The translations under genes were made by a program, and so were the position numbers. DNA of 64,000 nucleotides from Macrostomum hystrix (lineage: Eukaryota; Animalia; Platyhelminthes), in NCBI GenBank assembly GCA_950097015.1, contig CATNEN010000007.1:9734001-9798000 (forward strand), in the 5' to 3' direction. Of this stretch, positions 23,561 to 36,375 are shown piece after piece (within the stretch, counting starts at the first letter, position 1; every line of letters begins with the position of its first letter). The notes beneath the pieces are model-generated. The model made no database searches, was not told the DNA's origin, and saw only the letters and a list, made by a program, of their open reading frames with translations.

Positions 23561-24705
23561 AAGGACAACAGGTGATTAGCATAATCAAGATAATACTTTA
23601 ATATCAGCGCTACTAGTGCTTCAGCTATGCCCGAGTGAACAGAGTGGGGAATAAATACATGTAGGATGCGTTACCCGCAGATTGAGTCCTGAGATTGCCC
23701 TGTAAGGCTACAGATGATTTCGCATGCTTTATGATCTTTGGGACTGGGCCAACCGGCTGCTCGAGACTGCTCCAGAATTATTGCAAAAAACCGACACATT
23801 TCCTTGCGACTCCCAGCACTCAGCACGCCGGTCTGGGCAAGGCAGACAGTGACACGAGAAACTGATTTCGAATGCAGCTCAGAACACTCGACCAGAGCAG
23901 CGTGGGCGGTGAGTGCCTCCGTTTTCATAGGTGAGAACAATGCACACTGACTGTTCTCTAGTTTGCTATTTTTGGCCAGCAACCCAGCTTAATTAATCTA
24001 TCTAGATCGTTAATTTCTGTCACCTTAATGTCAGCAGTCCACAATAATAGTGACGTCAGAGAACTCCGGTGTGAAACTCTCCAATTAATGAAAAATGAAC
24101 TGTCACAGCCTGCGCATGCCCCGGTCTCAGGCTCACCGGGAGAGTGTGTACACGCTAATAAAAAGTGCATAATTATTAATGGATATCACTGTGTCCATTA
24201 TGAGCTGCTGCTGCGGCCTCTTTAATTGGATTTCTGTTAGGCTGAGCGCGGGATCACACATCTAATTCTGTCCTTTTCGTCCGAAAACTAAAAAAATGTG
24301 CGAGCATGAGATCCTTCTGAGATCTGCTCAGAGCTCACCGGAGGAAAAATATTTCCGCGAAGATGAAGCCACTTCGAATGATGAAGTCCAATAAAAGCAG
24401 AAAATTTTAAATTGTACAGACTCCAAGCCAATAAAACTTTCTAGCGACAGTTCTGTTTGGGAAGGCAATAAAGTTCTCCTGCAGTCAGACCTGCAACACA
24501 CGTGATCGATGGAGCCCAAAGGAACCGCCGTCTGCACCCCCGCTGCCAATTTATGACTACTTTGCTGAGCAGTGCCGCACGCAACCGAGTTGAGCTGTGA
24601 GCAGATGAAAGCTTCTCAATAACTAGATCTGAGCTGTATTCTTGTGCTCAAATAAGACGACCACCAAGAAAAAGAACTTACCTATTTACAGGTCCTCCTG
24701 CACGA

Positions 24706-24925
24706 CTGCACCTCTGCCCCTCTGTCCCTCTGTCCCTCTGTCCCTCTGCCCCTGTGTCCCTCTGCCCCTCTGCCCCTCTGCCATTCTGTCCCTCTGCCCC
24801 TCTGCCATTCTGTCCCTCTGCCCCTCTGCCCCTGTGTCCCTCTGCCCCTCTGCCCCTCTGCCATTCTGTCCCTCTGCCCCTCTGCCCCTCTGTCCCTCTG
24901 TCCATCTGTTCCTCTGCCCCTCTGT
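24706..24925. repeat. Low-complexity (CTCTGYCC)-type repeat
   Basis: Direct reading. Confidence 0.9.
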
Positions 24926-25647
24926 ATATACGGACTCGTATATTTCTATATTTCTAGGTTTTCTATATTTAGAAAACAATAACAAGGGTTAAAAGGCCGT
25001 CTTTGTAAAGCGGGACTCTAGCAAGCCTTCTAAATCTGACCAACGTCTGCTCTGTCCGACATCGGCCTCGAGTCCGTCACGTCGCTAAAGCCTCTCAAAG
25101 CTGTCAAATACAATAACAATCTCGTGCGAAGATTGTAGACTGCATCTGAAATAATATTCTAACGTGTACTTTTGCATATGCTTGTCAGCTGAATTTTTAA
25201 CTCCCATGAATTGCTCTTTTTCCCATAATTTTCCATCCGAGACTTTGGGTCCGCCTGGCGCGAGGCTTCAATCCAATCTCAGGCACAATGGCACATTTTT
25301 ACCTGCGAAAGCTAATCAAAGCCATTTTGACAGCAACAGCAGAAAATATGAAATATATTGAGCACATTTCCCCAATTTAATTATCTGAATTACCTTCGCA
25401 TAGGACGGCACAGACGCCGTGACAGAGGGGAAGCGGAAAACTCATTAAATTGATGAATTTCTACTGAGCTTGAGCACATTAACTCTAGTTAAGAATACCT
25501 GCGTGTATTTAACATATTTCCCTTCTCTAACAGCTGCTACCAGATTCTGTTGGCGAAGTTCATGTACTCCATTTTCGTCCGATTGTTGCTTCATTGCCAA
25601 AACTTCTCAACCCGATTTTAACCCCCCCTACCCAGATTTTCTTCTAC

Positions 25648-26237
25648 CCTGCCCAGTTCCAGCTTCCGCGCCTGCCACGGTTTCAGCTTCCGCGCCTGCC
25701 CCGGTTTCAGCTTCCGCGCCTGCCACGGTTCCAGCTTCCGCGCCTGCCCCGGTTCCAGCTTCCGCGCCTGCCCCGGTTCCAGCTTCCGCGCCTGCCCCAG
25801 TTCCAGCTTCCGCTCCTGCCCCGGTTCCAGCTTCCGCCCCTTCCCCGGTTCCAGCTTCCGCTCCTGCCCCGGTTTCAGCTTCCGCGCCTGCTCCGGTTCC
25901 AGCTTCCGCGCCTGCCCCGGTTCCAGCTTCCGCGCCTGCCACGGTTCCAGCTTCCGCGCCTGCCCCGGTTCCAGCTTCCGCTCCTGCCCCGGTTCCAGCT
26001 TCCGCTCCTGCCCCGGTTTCAGCTTCCGCGCCTGCCCCGGTTCCAGCTTCAGTCTCTGCCACGGTTCCAGCTTCCGCGCCTGCCCCGGTTCCAGCTTCAG
26101 TCTCTGCCACGGTTCCAGCTTCCGCGCCTGCCCCGGTTCCAGCTTCCGCTCCTGCCCCGGTTTCAGCTTCCGCGCCTGCCCCGGTTCCAGCTTCAGTCTC
26201 TGCCACGGTTCCAGCTTCCGCGCCTGCCACGCTTCCG
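25648..26237. repeat. 24-bp minisatellite (CCTGCCCCGGTTCCAGCTTCCGCG)n
   Basis: Direct reading; open in several frames on both strands. Confidence 0.92.
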
Positions 26238-26864
26238 TCTCCAAGGCAAACAGTAGCCAATAAGTCAATAGATTTTTTGTATTTCCTGCTCCAATAATGG
26301 CCTCTAAATGGCCAGTTTTCCCCCGAAATTTTAAGGGTGGTGGATGGCGAGTTTTCTTGGTCCTGGTGGAAGCGATCGGACCATTGAAGTGCAACAGCAA
26401 CCCGGCCTCAGAGACAAGCATTTTGACTGCAGCAGCCTTTTAATATGTCACACTCGCCGCGTCATTGACTCGGCAAAGTAAGCACTCATTTTTCATTCAA
26501 ACTGAAGCTTTTCAAGGGCAAGTAAGTTTTCGCAGAAAATAAAAGCAACCCTCAGAAAAATAGGCATATTGAATTTGAGTTCTTCGGGCCGGGTCGCACG
26601 TATAATAAGGTCTGTAATTTTTTGGCTGCTTAAAGGGATTTCACCGCATCCATTGAAAGAAAAGCAAATTTTTAGTCAATAAATTTATGAACCACAAAAC
26701 TCCCCAGTACCGCAGATTTTACACTAAAATATTTTAGAATTTACGGAGGAAGCAAGCAGACGAGCCTGCGAATGTCATCTGTCATCTGATGGGCTGTCAA
26801 TCAACCGGATGTTGGCAGGCTGAAAGGCAGTGTTGGGGAGGCAACACGATAGAAGTGACGAGAC

Positions 26865-27312
26865 AGATTGGTGATCGAGTGATGAGTGGATTGGTGACCG
26901 AGTGACTGAATGGGTTGGTGACCGAGTGACTGAATGGGTTGGTGACCGAGTGACTGAGTGGATTGGTGACCGAGTGACTGAGAGGATTGGTGACCAAGTG
27001 ACTGAATGGGTTGGTGATTAAGTGACTGAGCGGATTGGTGACCGAGTGACTGAGTTGATTGGTGATCGAGTGACTGAATGGATTAGTGATCGAGTAACTG
27101 AGTGGATTGGTCACCGAATGACTGAATGGATTAGTGATCGAGTAACTGAGTGGATTGGTCACCGAATGACTGAATGGATTAGTGATCGAGTAACTGAGTG
27201 GATTGGTCACCGAATGACTGAATGGATTAGTGATCGAGTAACTGAGTGGATTGGTGACCGAATGACTGAATGGAATGGTGATCAAGTGACTGAGTGGAAT
27301 GGTCGAGTGAGT
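26865..27312. repeat. 24-bp minisatellite (ATTGGTGACCGAGTGACTGARTGG)n with 48-bp higher-order part
   Basis: Direct reading. Confidence 0.9.
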
Positions 27313-27448
27313 GAACATAAGATTTTGACGATTGGGTTAAATAATATCTGCTTTGTTTTAAGTACGTTTGCAATCTAGCCAGTGAAAAGCGGCCCTCTCA
27401 CCTTGCAGGTGTCTCCAGGCTCTCTACTTTGCGGCGGCCTTGTACTCA

Positions 27449-30400
27449 TTATTCCTTCTTTTTATCCTTCTTTTCTTTCTTCTCCTTCTTCTCTTTCTTC
27501 TCCTTCTTCTCCTTCTTCTCTTTCTTCTCCTTCTTCTCCTTCTTCTCTTTCTTCTCCTTCTTCTCCTTCTTCTCTTTCTTCTCTTTCTTCTCCTTCTTCT
27601 CTTTCTTGTCTTTCTTATCCTTGGCCGGCGGTGCCTTGGCAATCTTGAGTTCGCTCACGCCAATCTCTTTGTGCGCCTGGGCCATCCTGCCGTTGACCTT
27701 CTCGAGGCGCCTGTTGAGCACATCCTTGTCGCTCCTGCGCGAGAAGTAGGCGATGTAGCTGATGCGGCGGGACACCTTCTCAGTGCTCTCCAGGAGCTCC
27801 TTGAAGTCGCTGATGCACTTCTCGGCCAGCTTCTGGTCGCGTTTGGCCCTGGCCTTGTTAGAGGCGACGATGAGTTTGTCGGCCATGCCGTCAGCTTTAC
27901 GCGTGGCCGCCTTCAGCTTGGTAGCCTCCTTGTCAGCGAGGGCGCGCACGTCCTTGCGCCGGATGCGGGGCACGGCGTCGGACGCGGAGCGGACCAGACG
28001 TCGAAGCGGCCGCATTATGCTGAGCACAATGTCCGACACCTCCGAGGCCTGTCGAACCACCTCCAGAGAAGCTGCGTAGGCATAGGCATGAGGTTATAGG
28101 ATAGGGTGTGTTAGCTAGTAGGATAAATATATCGGAAAAGAAAATTCTAAGAAATCTAAGAAATTTAGAAATCTTGGAGCATTACAAAGAAGCAGCACCC
28201 AGAGGCGAGTGGGTCAGCGGCTAGCGTCGCTGCCTCGCACTCCAATGGACGCTAGTTCGATTCTCCCTTCAAGTCACGATTAATTTCGGGACTTGTTGGA
28301 GGGTTTGGACAGTAGCGACCGGCGGAGGTACACCATATTTCGTGCAATCAAAGCTTGAAATAATAGCTTCGCTCCTACCTTCTGTGTGCCTGTTCTGCGT
28401 TGTGTGAGTTGTGTGCGTTGGCGCTGGGGCGTGAGGCCTTGCGGGGGGTGGCTGGAGGGCGGGTGTACACCGCCGCGCGCTTTCATGATTTCCGTCAGCG
28501 CGATTGGATAAGTGTACAGTCATCACCCGGCCCCCCTGAGGACTGATTTCTTATCAGCCTTCCACCCCGGCTTGGTCTGCTCTGTGCGTGTGGGGCTGGG
28601 GTGGGGCACTTCTGCCTATTCTGGGTGCCTCCTGCCCTCCCCGGCTGGTCTGTGCTGCTGTGTGTGGTGTCTGCTCAGGGGAGGCGGCGCGATGGGCGCT
28701 AAGCGCCTAGTTCGCCGGTCTGGGGGCGTGCCCCGGGCCCCCCTGCAAATAGACATAGAAATAGAAGAAGCAGCACCTGAGCTAGATCGCAAAGCAACAT
28801 GTCTCACCAAATGGCAGAGTTGAGAAGCTGGATGAGTCAATCTTCAGCTTAACGGCTCCAACCTTGATCTTGAGCTCCTTTCCTTCCACAAGCAGCTTGA
28901 GCTTTTCGATCTTGCTGCTGCGCACCAGGCCGGAGACGAGCAGCTTGCGGGAGACGAACAGCTTGCGGATGGTGTACGGGTGGATCCTCAGCGCCTTGGC
29001 CAGGCCGTGCCTCACGGCGCTCAGGAATTTGCTCTTCTGCTTCTGTGAGTCGCCAACTGTTGCGACGTAACTGCCCTTGACTGAGAACTGGAACTGCGCC
29101 AGGTCCTTCGCTGGAAGCGTCGAGGCGAGGGCTTGTAAGCTTATCACGGCCTCGCGCTAATAACAAAGGCATGGCAAGAAACTTACGATCAACCTTCTTG
29201 AAGCCCATCTCCTCCCAGTTGATCTCCACATTGCGAGCCATCAGATCCCGGATCTTGTCTGAAAGGTAATTAAGGTATTGCATTGTATTTTATCACACAT
29301 CATGTACTCGTATAGAAGATTCAGTAACTCACTGGTGTAGTGTGCCTTCATTGTAACCTTGTTGACTTTGCCAACTCTGCAAGTGGCAGAGATAATGTCG
29401 TCTACAAACTGCGGCTCAACCAGTTCGCTGAATGTGCTGGTCTTGAAGCTGTGGATGTCGTGTGGCTGAGTGGCAATTTTATCCAGCTGTCCGGCCTGGA
29501 TGTCATCGCCGACGCCGACTGTGATGATGCGGCAGCCCATGGCCTTGATCTTCGCGGCCTCCTTGATCGGGTCGATCTTGCTGTTGGACGCGCCGTCAGT
29601 CACCAAAATGACCACACTCTCTGAGCCCTTGCTCTCGCCGCCACGGAAGCCGTTGATCTTATTGAGCAAGAAGCGGCGGAACGCCTTGAGGGCGTCTCCG
29701 GTGTAAGTCGAGCCAGGTGAGTAGGACATCTCCATCACTCGAGTCGCCATAGAGTCCAGGTGGTAGTGGGCAACGTAGTTGAAGATCACTTTCATTCGCT
29801 GCACGCTGGAGAACTTTAGCAGGGCCACGTGCGTGTTGTCCCTGGACACGTCCAGCTTCTTGGCGACGGCCACGATGAAGCGTCGGATGTGCTCGAAATT
29901 CCTGCCTCGCACGGAGTCTGAAGAGTCGATCACGAAGGCGACGTCCATGCGTTTGCTGCAGGTGCGCTCGCACTTGGCCGACCCGGTCCACAGAATGTCG
30001 TCGCACTGGTTGCGGCTGTTGACTCGCTGGGTGTACACCTTGATTGGCACGATCTTGCCATTGCAGTGACCAGTCTCCACCTCTGGCTTGGGGCAGGAGC
30101 AGCGGATCTCCTTGGTGCGTCTGCGCTCAATGCAGCCGCGCGTGAGGCGGTTGAACTCGTAGACGGTCTCGTACATGATCTTGAAGTTGTTCAAGCACGG
30201 CAGGTATTTGCGCACAGGTTTCGGGCAGGCTGAAATTCGGACGTCAAATATGATATCAGCTGACCAGAAGAGGAAAAAGTGCAGGTGGGGAACTTACCGC
30301 AGCGAATAGTCTTTGTCTTGGTGACTGGCTTGCAGTGACCGCCAAAGTTGCCGCCGCTCTCCAGCTTGAACTCGACCGTGGTGATCTTTCTGTACTGGTT

Positions 30401-33400
30401 TTTGCACTTGCCAATGGTCTTCTTCGGACCGGGGCAGCCGCAGCGGATTTTCTTGTCCTTTGATGTGCTCTCACAGATGCCCTTCTTCTTATTCAGTTTG
30501 TAGTAGGTGGTTGTAACAGCTTTGAACATCTTCCTGCACGGGCCGGTCTTGGAATCCGGCTTTGGGCAGGCGCAGCGGACCTTCTTGAAGTCCTGCTTTA
30601 CCACCTTCTTGCATCCATAGCCCTTGGGCACGTACTCCACCCGATGGATGGACTTGTAGCTGCCGACGCAGTCGCCGTGAATGAGGTACGGGTGCGGGCA
30701 CACTGCGGACAAAAGGCAACTTTTAAATTGAGAAAAGCATTAAGGCGCTCAGTAAAAAATTAGTAATAATAATAGTTGATTACACCTGTCCCAATTGGAC
30801 CATAATAGTACCCATTTAACAACAGGATAAACTATGGTAATGCAGAGTTGAGTGCTAACGGACACAAATTGTTCCAGTGGAGTCTGGTATCGAGCCCCTG
30901 ACGCTCAAGTCGTGAGTCAAACTCCCTAACCACTCAGCTAAAATCCCACAAGGCTTAAATTCCCTATGTTGTCTTGTGTCAGTCTAAAGTGGCTCAGGTT
31001 GTGACGAGAACTCAGTTCTCAGAACTCAGAACTCAGGCCACGATCAACTCACGCGGCTTCTCGCAGTGGAAGGTGAGAACACGGGCCACCAGGCCGTGGA
31101 TGTCCTGGAACTCGCGCAGGCCGAAGATGAACACGCGACCCTCCGGACCAGCCAGCTTGGCCAGCTGAACTCGGTTCTCCTTGGACTGCTCGCCCATGGC
31201 GATGGTGACGAAGAAAACTCCAGATCGGCGGACCAGCTTGGACTCGTAGAACTGGTCGACCTGGCCATTGGAGTCGGCGCCGTCGGTGAGCAGAATGGTG
31301 ACGTGCGGCACGTCTTCTCTCATGCCGGCGTGCTTCTGCCACATCTTCGTGCGCACCTCGTGCAGCGCCTCGCCGAGGAAAGTGAGCCCGGGCTCGTACT
31401 GGATGGCCTCAATCTTCTTCAGAATCTGCTCGTGCGAGTTGTGCTCCCAGCTGTCCAGGTCCATGATGATCTTGTTCTTGTGGCTGAAGCGCATCACTCC
31501 GACCCGCTGGCGCCGGCCGGTCTTCAGGTAGAACTGCTGCACAACGTCACGCACGAAGTTCTTCATGATGTAAAAGTTGTGCTCGGTGACAGTCAGGGAG
31601 GAGTCCAGCATGAAGATCACATCAGCCTTCTGGATACAGACTGCGGGTGGTCAAATTCAGAAGATTCTCGCGTTCTTTTATCATTGCGTTCGGCTACGCT
31701 ACTTTTCACGAAGGCATCGCAATACGATCCAATACACGATAGGCATGCATGGCGGGACTCAGGTAACTCACTGGGAACATTATAGACATGCATGGCAGAA
31801 CTCAGGTAACTCACTGGGAACATTATAGGCATGCATGGCGGGACTCAGGTAACTCATTGAGAACATTATAGGCATGCATGGCGGGACTCAGGTAACTCAT
31901 TGGGAACATTATAGGCATGCATGGCGGGACTCAGGTAACTCACTGGGAACATTATAGGCATGCATGGCGGGACTAAGGTAACTCACTGGGAACATTGGGA
32001 CAGTCGCTGGGGTGCACGCATTTGCCCTTGTGCAGCAGGAAGTAAGGCCGGCACTCGCACTGCGGCCGGCGCTCCTTGGGGCACTTGCTGAACAGCACCG
32101 GCTCGTTGCAGGTCCGCGGGCAGCCCGAGCCGCGCACGCGGAAGTACTGGTGTCCGCTGCAGGGGGTCGGGTCGTTGCACTTGCCCTTGTAGTAGTACTT
32201 CCTGCCTGAGCACACTGCAGCAATTAACCAATTGTGAGAGCAGATTAAACTCGTTGCAGTTATTTAACTGATACTAAATTATCGGATTTGGTTTAACTTT
32301 ATAAAGACCAGGGGCTATTTCAAAAACCACCAATGTGGGCAAATATTTCCTGCTCACAAAATCTCATCATGAAATCATGTCGGCTGTCATTGCTGACTAT
32401 CTGGTATTGATTATATCGTTTATTTAAACACTTTTGAACCCAAACGGATTCGCCAAATAGGTTTACACAGAGCAATGTTAGCTGTCCTTGTCATCAGGTT
32501 GTTCAACAAGAATCGCTGAATATCTCGACGGTGCTGACTCGGACGGCTTTGAAAGTTGGTCATTGTAGAGGGCGGAGAATTTCGATCCATGTGGTGGACT
32601 TTCACGAAAATTGATTCGGAGCAATCGTGAAGTAGGCAGCGGGCATTTGAAATGCCCCTGGTCTTTCTTCTGTTAATTCGAGATTTCTATACATCAAACC
32701 AGCAAACCAGTGGGTCAAACCAGCGGGTCAAACCAGTGGGTCAAACCAGTGGGTCAAACCAGTGGGTCAAACCAGTGGGTCAAACCAGTGGGTCAAACCA
32801 GTGGGTCAAACCAGTGGGTCAAACCAGTGGGTCAAACCAGTGGGTCAAACCAGTGGGTCAAACCAGTGGGTCAAACCAGTGGGTCAAACCAGTGGGTCAA
32901 ACCAGTGGGTCAAACCAGTGGGTCAAACCAGTGGGTCAAACCAGTGGGTCAAACCCGCACTTACTCTTCACGCATCTGCCAGACTTGGTCTTCTTGTAGC
33001 CGGGGTCGCAGCCGATCTTGTAGCACTTGCGGTCCACGCGCAGCTTGTAGCCCTTCGGGCACTTTTTAGCTGGAATTGGCAAGACAATAAAGTAGGCAAA
33101 ATGACAAGCTATACAGTCAGAGCAGGGCCCTTACCTCTCTTGCAGATGTCTCTGAACAGCACCTGTCCGGCAGGGCAGAACTTTCGCACCTTCGGCATGC
33201 ACTTGCCATCAAAGAATTCGGTTCGCGGAGGACAGTCGACTGAAATTCGCGAGTTCAGGTCGATGAGTGAGCATGGAGTTAAATACAATGTCCTCCGTCA
33301 ATATTGAACTGCATTCGGGCGATGAGACAGGAGCAGCTACATTTGAAAACCGAGCGGGAATGCTCGAGTGCTTTTAGCAAATGATATGGGCGCTGCCTGC

Positions 33401-36375
33401 TGGGATGATTTTGTAGCCAGGCGTTAAATTTCTATTGGCAAAGCCAAAAAGAAAAGCCAGGATAAAGCTTAACAAGATCTGTCTGAGTCTTTTTTGTCTG
33501 TGTTTTTTCTGATTTAATATTGTTATCCTGTTGTCATCGAGGCCGGCAGATTATTGTCGCGAAGGCATGATGCTTGAAGGATTCGCCTAATTTATTCGCG
33601 CAGACCATTAGCTTTGGCCGCGCAGTCACGTACCTTTGTCGCAGGTGCACCTGGCCGTGTTGAGCGCCAGTCCGCGGCGGCAGCGCATTTTGCACTCGCA
33701 CCGGCAGTCACTCTTCTGGTCGAAGTTCCTCCCCGGGCACTTTTTCTTGCACTCTTGAATGGTCGGCGTATTTGTTTAACGAAAAGTTTACTCGATGAGC
33801 AGCATAAATAGGCCTCCTTACCGCATGTACAGAGCTTAGCGTTGAGCACTTTTCGGCTTGAGCACGTCTTCTTGCAAACCTTGGCCTTCGCCGGCTTTGA
33901 TGGGACGTGCCTGGGCACGCAGACGCAGCCCTTGACGAGGATCTCCGACTCTTTGCAGTTCTTCTTGCAGTCGTTGCTGACGGACACATTGGGGACGCAT
34001 TTACAGGGAAACACCAGCATGTAGCCCTTTGGACAGCGTAGGCGGCACTTGGGCTTTACTGGAATGCAATGGTTCAGGCCCAACAATCCAACATTGTATT
34101 ATTTGCACTCAGTCTCAATCACCTTCTACTGCACTGAAGTCGGTTCAACTCACGTGGAACGCACTCTCTGGCGATCATCTGTAGTCCTTTGCCGCAGGTC
34201 TTGAAGCCCTTGACAGATGAGGCCTTCTCACCCTCGCAGAGGATGTCCGTAATAACCCTGCCAACCTTGCCGAGGTCATCGAAGTCGTTGACAACGGTGA
34301 CATACTTCTTGTTGCTGGCCAGCTTCTCCAGGGCGCTCCTGGAGATGCCTGAGCCGATACCCAGCGCAACGATGGAAGCGCCCGATTTGCGCAGCTTGGC
34401 GGACTCGACCACCGGGTCGGCCCGACCGTTAGCGCGACCGTCGGTCAGAAGCACCACCACCGGCTTGGCGTCCGGCCGGTGGCCGTTCTCGACCAGGAAG
34501 CCCTGCTCCCGGATCAGCTGGAAGGCCTCGCCGGTCACTGTCTTGCCGGATTTGTAACTGCGGTGGTGAGGCGGTTTCATTTCGAGGTCAAGTTTCCACA
34601 ACCAACAAGACTGTGCCCAAGGCCTTCACATTATAAAACTGTCGATCAAGCTGTCTAACGGAGTAATACAGAGCCAAAAAGTGCAACGTACACAAGGTCG
34701 TGGAGCAGAAATTTGAGCATCGCCTTACGCTCCACCGGCTTGCTCATGGAGTAGTCCTTCAGCTTGATAACCATGTCCGCCTTGTCCGAGTAGATAATGA
34801 TGCCGAAGCGAAACTTGGCGGACTTCTCCAGCAGCTTGGCCACGATCTCGTGGATGAACTTCGTCACCAGGCCGAAGTTGCTACGGCCCACAGAGTGCGA
34901 AGAGTCCAGAGCGAAGAAGATGTCCGCCTTCTGGCTGCAACCTGCAGGGCGCGAGGCGTTCGTCTGTCGGATTACTCGGAGAAGAATTTTAGCGGATTAG
35001 AAAAGCTCAGCTGCTCGAGCCGCACGGTAAAGCGAAGGCAGGCAGGGGAAACCGCGGTGGAATATTGCAGAGCAGACACCAGGTGGGCTGGCTAAGCTGC
35101 TGAGTCAAAGCTGCCAATGATGGCAAAGCAAGACCAACGCGAAAGCAAATCACATTAGTGGCTTTAGTTTCATTGCCTTTATGCAATATCGCATTTTCTA
35201 GTAAAAATCTGTTCCCACAGAGCATGAATTTCACACTAGGAGCTAGACGGAGCCATGGACTTTTTGAGGTTTTAGGTCATTCCTTAAACACTGCCAAAAA
35301 TATAGTGAAAACTCTACTTATCGACTACCTGAGAAAATAGATAAAATCCAAGTAACCCTAAACCCTACTTCAAGTAGTGCCCTAAGCTTTAATCAAGGCT
35401 GAAGCAAGGGCGCGTGAAGCTGGACAAAGTTAAGCGGCTCTGTTATCTTCGCGTCCAGCCCGAAAGCTGTCCAGCTGCTCATTGCTCACTGATCACCGAA
35501 GCTGTCGACTACAATAATGTGTATTCGTAGCTGCTGAGAAAACTGCCTACACAGGCTGGAAGCACTTTTTTCCCAGCCCTCAGCGAAGCCATCAGAAGTT
35601 TGTAAAATACTTACGAAGCGCTGGAAGAGTAGTTTGGCAAAAACACAATGGTGAGGGAGTTGCGTTAGTCGATTCTGGTATGACAAAATTCAGGTACAAA
35701 AAAAAATGGAAAGCAAAAACAGGTCCACGCCCTGCAAGAGAGTGCTATTGTAGTGATGCTCTGATCAATCTGGCAGTTTGGTATGGGAGCAAGCAGCAAG
35801 CAATAAGCGGAGCATGCAATGAGGCGGCTGCCAGCAGCTGCGATGTGCGAAGGTTCTTGATGGCTGGAATGCTGCAGGTCTGCAGGCCCTCCCCCCGATT
35901 CCCCAAGCAGAAGCTGAGAAAGAATAGCGACCGAACAACCTGCATGTCCGATGCACTGCAGGAAAAACAGTACTTACTTTTCCCTAGAATTAGCGAAAGT
36001 GGAAGCACAATTTGTTAGCGAGCTGTTGAACGGCAACAACCAGTCGGCAAAATAATAAGGAGCTGTGAGATCTGAATCATGAGATTCCAAATGTTGCGAA
36101 AAATATTTCTGGTACGAATTTCATCAAGGAGCTCAGTTTACAAGAGATTCAGCTCTTTGTGAACTGCAGCGCGGCTTCTGAGCGCGGAGTCTCCGCAGGA
36201 CGCAGCTGTCTGCGCCAAAACAAACCAACTTACCATCCTTGCTTATCTCAGTCAGCGTGCTGATGACGTCAACGTCGGCGGAGGCTTCCGCCAAGATCGG
36301 GCCCATGAGGGCGGCCTGCTGAAGCAGCACTGGCAGCAGCAGCAGCGCCGGCAGAAGAGACATCGGGCGCCGCAT
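27449..36375 (-). CDS. Secreted multidomain protein, ~1492 aa, 14 exons: signal - VWA - Cys/Lys-rich repeats - TIL - VWA - 5x 4-Cys repeats - VWA - SEA-like - helical - (KKE)n
   Basis: Exons 36375-36234, 34941-34692, 34557-34154, 34058-33822, 33753-33634, 33239-33135, 33069-32965, 32214-31987, 31640-31053, 30702-30298, 30229-29333, 29258-29187, 29110-28808, 28071-27449. All junctions are GT-AG and phase-consistent; sum 4479 nt. VWA motifs DSSHS, DSSLT and DSSDS, each with a downstream TDG. Confidence 0.85.
30879..30940 (-). mobile_element. tRNA-derived SINE head (family B)
   Basis: Reverse complement TAGCTGAGTGGTTAGGG..GACTCACGACTTGAGCGTCAGGGGCTCGATACCAGACTC resembles 8626-8687. Confidence 0.6.
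31739..31996. repeat. 43-bp tandem repeat (6 units) that includes the exon 8 end and splice donor of the VWA gene
   Basis: Minus-strand unit AATGTTCCCA|GTGAGTTACCTGAGTCCCGCCATGCATGCCTAT. Confidence 0.92.
32695..32955. repeat. 13-bp tandem repeat (CAAACCAGTGGGT)n
   Basis: Direct reading; intronic. Confidence 0.95.

Noticed and set aside
25470-26421. PASAPAPV / AGAEAGT mucin-like ORFs
   Set aside because: A 24-bp array open in four frames; no convincing start, signal peptide or splice link, and it lies beyond the VWA gene stop.
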